From the NCBI GenBank assembly GCA_051294905.1, contig CM119371.1, forward strand, positions 31,374,001 through 31,438,000: DNA of 64,000 bases, read 5' to 3'. The stretch comes from Botryllus schlosseri. Its lineage: Eukaryota. Position 1 is the stretch's first letter; every line of letters starts with the position of its first letter. The notes beneath the pieces were generated by a model. The model was not told where the DNA came from and did not search any database. It worked only from the letters and a program-made list of their open reading frames with translations. Of this stretch, positions 56,201-62,200 are shown one piece after another. Position numbers and translations under genes: made by a program.

Positions 56201-59200
56201 GAAACCTTTTAAAATGCGTGGGACTTGAGGTCGTGCCATCGCACCAGTAATGGAATAAAAAAATACTGTAGTCAGAATATAACTTATAATTATATTGGTG
56301 AAATATATTGAGAAAAAGTTTAATCAAGTCATTGCAGCAATTAGATTTTTACTGCGCATTATTTAGATATTTTTAATACAATTCTTGAGCCTTTCGCGGT
56401 CCGCACAAATCGGTGTCGCGGGCCGCATGCGGCCCGCGGGCTGTAGTTTGCCCTCCCGTGCTGTAAGCCGTCGCGGAACCCAAAATTTGTGCTGAATTAT
56501 AAGACCAAAATCCACTACACACACATCTGACAACACTCACGATACATTACTTTAAATATGTTGCGCACTATGAACTGTTCATCAGCATGGCGTTACAAGA
56601 ACAATAACACTAAAATATAATTTGGCACAAACGAAAACATTATTATGAATATTCATTTCAGATCTGCTTTCAGATGCCAGTTCAGAAATACAAGGCGTCA
56701 CCTTGTAAAGTGTAATTCTACGTATTGATCGGTCGAAACGCAAACGTGATACCAATGCTTACATCGAGCTTTTAAACATTGTAGTTAAATTGGTATATCA
56801 GAATAAAAGACTGTGTTTCGATTTCAAATCTCAATTTCACAAGCCGTACCACCACCGCAGTCACAATTCGCCTAGATTAGGGTTACCATATTTCTGTGAT
56901 CCAAATTCCGGACACACTTTAGCACCCACCAGCAGATTTAAAAATGAGTTATGACATCACACTAGCAAAGCTTTTCTCATAGACCAAAGGTGGTCACGAT
57001 CCGGTTCAGGAGTATGTGGCTGTGTGTTGTGTAACCGCGACCGAAAGCACATGTTTTCAGCTCCGTTCCGCCCAAATCAACAATGATTTTGAGCCCACCA
57101 TAGGGTAATCGATGCAACTTCTGGGGGGGGGGGGGTGATCGCTATATATATATGTGGTTACTATATGCATCTTGTCGTTAAATTTTTTGAATGAATTCTG
57201 TCAACAATTTTGGTTGTTCGGTTGTTCTATATATTACTATAGATAGTTACTACACTCTCCGCCCACATGAGTTAGCGGTAGAGCTGGTAGAGGATGATGA
57301 GTTCGAAAATACAGGGAGCGTAATTGTACATCCCTAAGTCATGTTCATGCCCAACCAATAAGATCGTTTATCAGCCTTATGCCGGTGCGCACCACGGAGC
57401 TTTATAAATACCCCAAATACAGTGGTTTCCAACCTTTTATGGTCGCAACTCCATCTCCAATTTGAAAATGTTCCGTGGTCCAGATAAAAATTTGACGAGC
57501 TGATTACTAAAAGAAGTCAGCACCTTTGCCCGGACTTACTCACGGGCTATATTGAAAACTGATTACGTTCAAGATACTCGCGAACACCAGAATAAAGGCA
57601 AACGACCCCCACGTTTGGAATCACTATATCTTTGAATAAAGCATTTAAACGGTCTTAACGATCTCTGGGAATATACTGTTCTCCTATAATTGCGACTACA
57701 ATTAGGCTTATTCCAGTAAATGAAAGTTGTTTTTATTTATATTTTATTGCAGTTTTTGCGAGGGTGTGGTAGTCTTTTACTAAAATCAATAAATGTAAAT
57801 CGCGGGCAGCGCGAAGAAAAATATCATGCATCAGCATAAATATTCCTAAAAATAACGTTTTTATGTTGATTTACGGAAAAATTATGAGCATACGTCGTCA
57901 AATCTTCAAAATTTCGGACATTTGGCATATTTTAGAAATTCCTCTCGGACGCTAGTTTGAACAGTGAAATTCCGGACATGTCCGGGAAATTCCGGACGTA
58001 TGGCAACCCTAGCCTAGATGTGGCCTAGTTATCTGCAACTAAGAATGACCAAGATGTGCATATCATAACAAATCACATATTAGAGTAAAGTGCGTGTATT
58101 GATCTCTATAGAACCGCTAAGACTCGGTCGAACAACCCCTAGTAGTCCATGTATCATCGGTTGAGAATCACTGCAAACATATTGGGATATGACATCAATA
58201 TTTCAAAAGGACGGGGTTTCGATTTTGTCTTGATCGCCAGTGGAACCCCTGAAACCTGTTCTCGGAACCGTGGAGTTCCGTGGAACGCCGATCAAGTAAG
58301 TATCAGCTTTGTATATAAGGATTTTTCTGCCGCCACTTGTAGGCCTACTACACGTAACGGTTTGTTGGCAAAGGTACTATTCAGCGAATAGGATTTCTGA
58401 TGAGGTGGCCCTTAGTGCTGAGGGGGTGGTGCTTCAACTTTGGTTTAATACCAATGTTTCCTCTAATTTTTCACGAGTCTTCGTGTACTCACCAATTCAC
58501 TGCGTGGTCCTTTGGAGAACAGTGCGTAACGACTAAATAAAAGGTCACCACTTCGGATTTTTTTGTGCGCCGCTTGGATTTGCCGTGCGCAGAGACCATG
58601 TCAGCACTGCGCAATTGCACACGTGCGCAGCTTGGAGAAAACATTGTTCATTACCCAACAGAGGGCCCAGGGCCGACGTCTTTTTTTGGACTGACAAAGT
58701 GCTGTTTCGGCTCAGTTAACGCAATATTCTTATCCCCATCATATTATATGTCCTTACTCGCAGTTCCATCCACCATTGCAAAAGTCTTCCCTTTGTACAC
58801 ATCTTGATCCGAAATCGCAAGAGAATTCATACCATCTACACGCAGAACCTGAACAGAATATGAATCGTAGTGATCGCATGATTTATCTCTCTTTGGGGAC
58901 CACTGTTCTATAAAAAGTGTGTGAGATAGATAGTTGGAGAACGAGAGACAAAGTGAGTGAGTGAGTGAGTGAGTGAGTGAGTGAGTGTGAGAATGAGAGG
59001 GTGACGGAATGTTCTCGTTAGTCATCGAAACAAATTATTCCGGCGCGTACTGGGAGTTTTTGGAGGGCTACCCCATTCGCATCAAAGTTGGAGTAATTGT
59101 AATTTGTTATTCATCTGAATGCAATTAATTACATTTTTTCATGTAATTTAATTGTAATAGAAGCATTTTCATTTTTTGTAATTGTAATTCTAATTGTAAT

Positions 59201-62200
59201 TTGATAAACTTTTTGCCTAATTACAATTTCAATTACAGTACATTGTTACTGAGACCTGACAAGCACAACACAAAATAATTGACGCTTCGTCGTTTTACGA
59301 TCAACAGCCAACTTGTGTTCACCGTGACACTAGTAACTGTTTCCCATCAACATGTCAAAATTTATAAACGTTAAAATATTTGTTTTTCGTGTTAGGATTG
59401 GTGTTGTGGGTGCGAGATACTAGGGTTACGGGTGCTGGATAGTAGAGTTACTACACATGCCAATTCCTTTCCATCGCTTGCTTTTATATTGCCTTCTGTT
59501 GCTTTTCATTCACTGTGTACATGCCTGTTCTGTACATCGCCTAGGTCAGCGATCATCAAACTGGGGTACGCGAGCAAATTCACATAGCAGGCCACACATT
59601 CACTGTGACAATTTCAAGGTTTATGTGTCAAGCGAGAAAAGAGCTGAGGCTTGACAACTGCGGCGTTTGGGGCTTGAGCCACGATGCCGTGTGACTAATA
59701 ATTGGGCTGTTTGTTGTTCAGGGCCGTAAATGCCACAACCCAGAAAAAAAAACAATTAGGGGATGCCCGAGCTTGAAGAGGGCTCAAAACTAAGTCGTTA
59801 ATGAACTTGAATTGAAGAGGATTTTTTAAAAAATTCATGCCAATTTATGCCGATTTAATGCAGCTCAGTCTATTGATTTTTGGGTACTCTTCCCCCTAAG
59901 AAAAACTATGCATGATTTATATAAATAGGCATTCCGGCATCGGCCATTATTGCGCCACGGTGTGCCAAGGCCTGAATCTTAGGCAAACATGGGACTCTGA
60001 GAAGTGTGTCAAAAAGATCGGCAGCCGGTAAACCTTGGCCAAAAAGGACTGACCAAATGTAGACCGAAAACTTCGATATATATAGCCTATGTCTAAATTT
60101 ATAATTGTCCATAGATGCCTGAATAGCTGGCGCTGAATTTTTAAGTACTGGCAATCTGCACAGCACAACACAAGTACCATCCTCCAGAAAAAAGTTCCTC
60201 ACCAGTAAAAAATACCAATTTGAAATTGTGTAGGTCTTTTAGTTTAGTACGATTGGGCGATTTCAATATTTTGTTAACTATACAGCAGACAGAAAGTAAA
60301 AAAATAGCAACATGTCAAACAATTAATCAATCGTGAGATGGTATTTTGATTTGCCCAAGACACATACACAATGTACACTGCGTTATACAAGACACACAAT
60401 GCGATGTAATGAACAGATAGGGGGATGTCGAACGACGAACCAGTTGGGGCCCCTTGACCTGGCAGTAAATAAATATACCAACGGGCCCGCCCGAATATGT
60501 TTAATTACACTGGTCGACATTTTTCAACGTTTTTTTTTCTTTTTTGTAGAACGATTAATTGTGTTTACCCAATTTGACGATGCTGATTCCGAATTTGCCA
60601 TCAGAATTAACCCATCACGTCACACTTTTTCGAAAAAGCCGATTGAAAATTCTACTAAAAAACGCATTTGCCCGTTTAGGTCCGTTTATGATGCGAAACA
60701 CACCCTACAAAGCTCTCAACGTACTTTGTCGGATTGAGGTTTTACTATCTTAAACTAAACTCTCCAAATAAAAAGGATCCTTAGTATTTTCAAGAAATTT
60801 AGATGCAACTTCAATGAGGGAGAGTCGTGCATTTTTTCCAAATCCGACTCCCCAATAAGAAATAGGGGTTTTGGTGAGTATTCTGATCTGAGATCCAACA
60901 AACACACCCTCTTAACTGTAACAGCACTCAAGTGAAGAAACGTTTCGTGAATGTATTTAGAACGTGCACTCTCTTTGATCAGAGCTTTTAATAACTTTTT
61001 CATGAGATGTAGTTTAACATATAATGCTGGAAATAAACATTAGATCTGTCGATAAGAGCAGCCTTTAAAACATTTTAAAGCCTGGTGTAAGATACTCCCT
61101 CATTGGCCACTTACGTTTAATTCAATGATTTCTACTGTTCCATTCACTCATAAAACAAGGATACCTTGTAGTTCTAGATCGTTGAGCCAGCAGTACATAT
61201 ATGAGTTGAAAATCAACGTAAACTTTACACGTTTGAGTAGTTTGAATACTTTATTCCAAATTTGATGTTCTCGTAAGACCTCTTGATGCCAGCTGTACCA
61301 GCTACACGGATAAAAACACATTGACTTGTATTGTGCGACAAAACATCTTTTAGGCTTGATGCATAAATAAAGAGGTGCGATTCACGGTTCCCAATGTCTC
61401 TATGATACCTTAGACATCGACACAATAGACTAAAAAGGGTTCGCCGGCAATGAAGAGATCGTATTCACTATCACGATGCATATACCAAGAAAAAGTGGTA
61501 TCGGTGCAAAGTAGGCTATATGTTTGGCTTTTATTCTGGAGCCTACAATAAGAGCATATTCATTTAGCAATTTCAAATTTTTGACACAGTTATTCAGTTC
61601 AGCTTGATTCAACTTCATATAGCTGCTGATCACCATCACATGCACTCATGCTGAGAACATTTTTCAGACAAATACTCGTCACCGAGAGAATTTTTGGTCA
61701 ACTGCTGGTAAAACGTTTGAAGGTAATGCAATTGCAACACCCGGCCCATGAGGAATCGGTCGTATTGCACAAGTCAAACTGGATATTGAATGTTATGCTT
61801 ATTTCTGACATTAAATTAAAAAAAAAAGAGAAAAAGTAACAATCTTTTCCATGTCCATGTGGCTGTCTCCAAACCATATTGGCACGCCAATGGGTAAATA
61901 TTTTTGTTTTCAAATGCTTCACAGCCTCAATGTCGCTTTATTTTTTATTCATTGTGCTGTGCATACCTCTTCTTTACATCGTCTAGCCTAGACCCAGGTC
62001 TTATTGCAGATGTCTGATGTCTGATTTCAAAGACTACTCCAAGTCGTTTCGACGCATTCCTATCTTTTCAGAGTATCGCAGTCTTGTGATGTTTTGAAAG
62101 GAAGAAAACATTATTAAATTGATGGTGATATCAAAAACTAGGCCTATATAATAACTTTTTTACATACTTGTAAAAAGTTAGTTTTACATCTACTTGAGTA

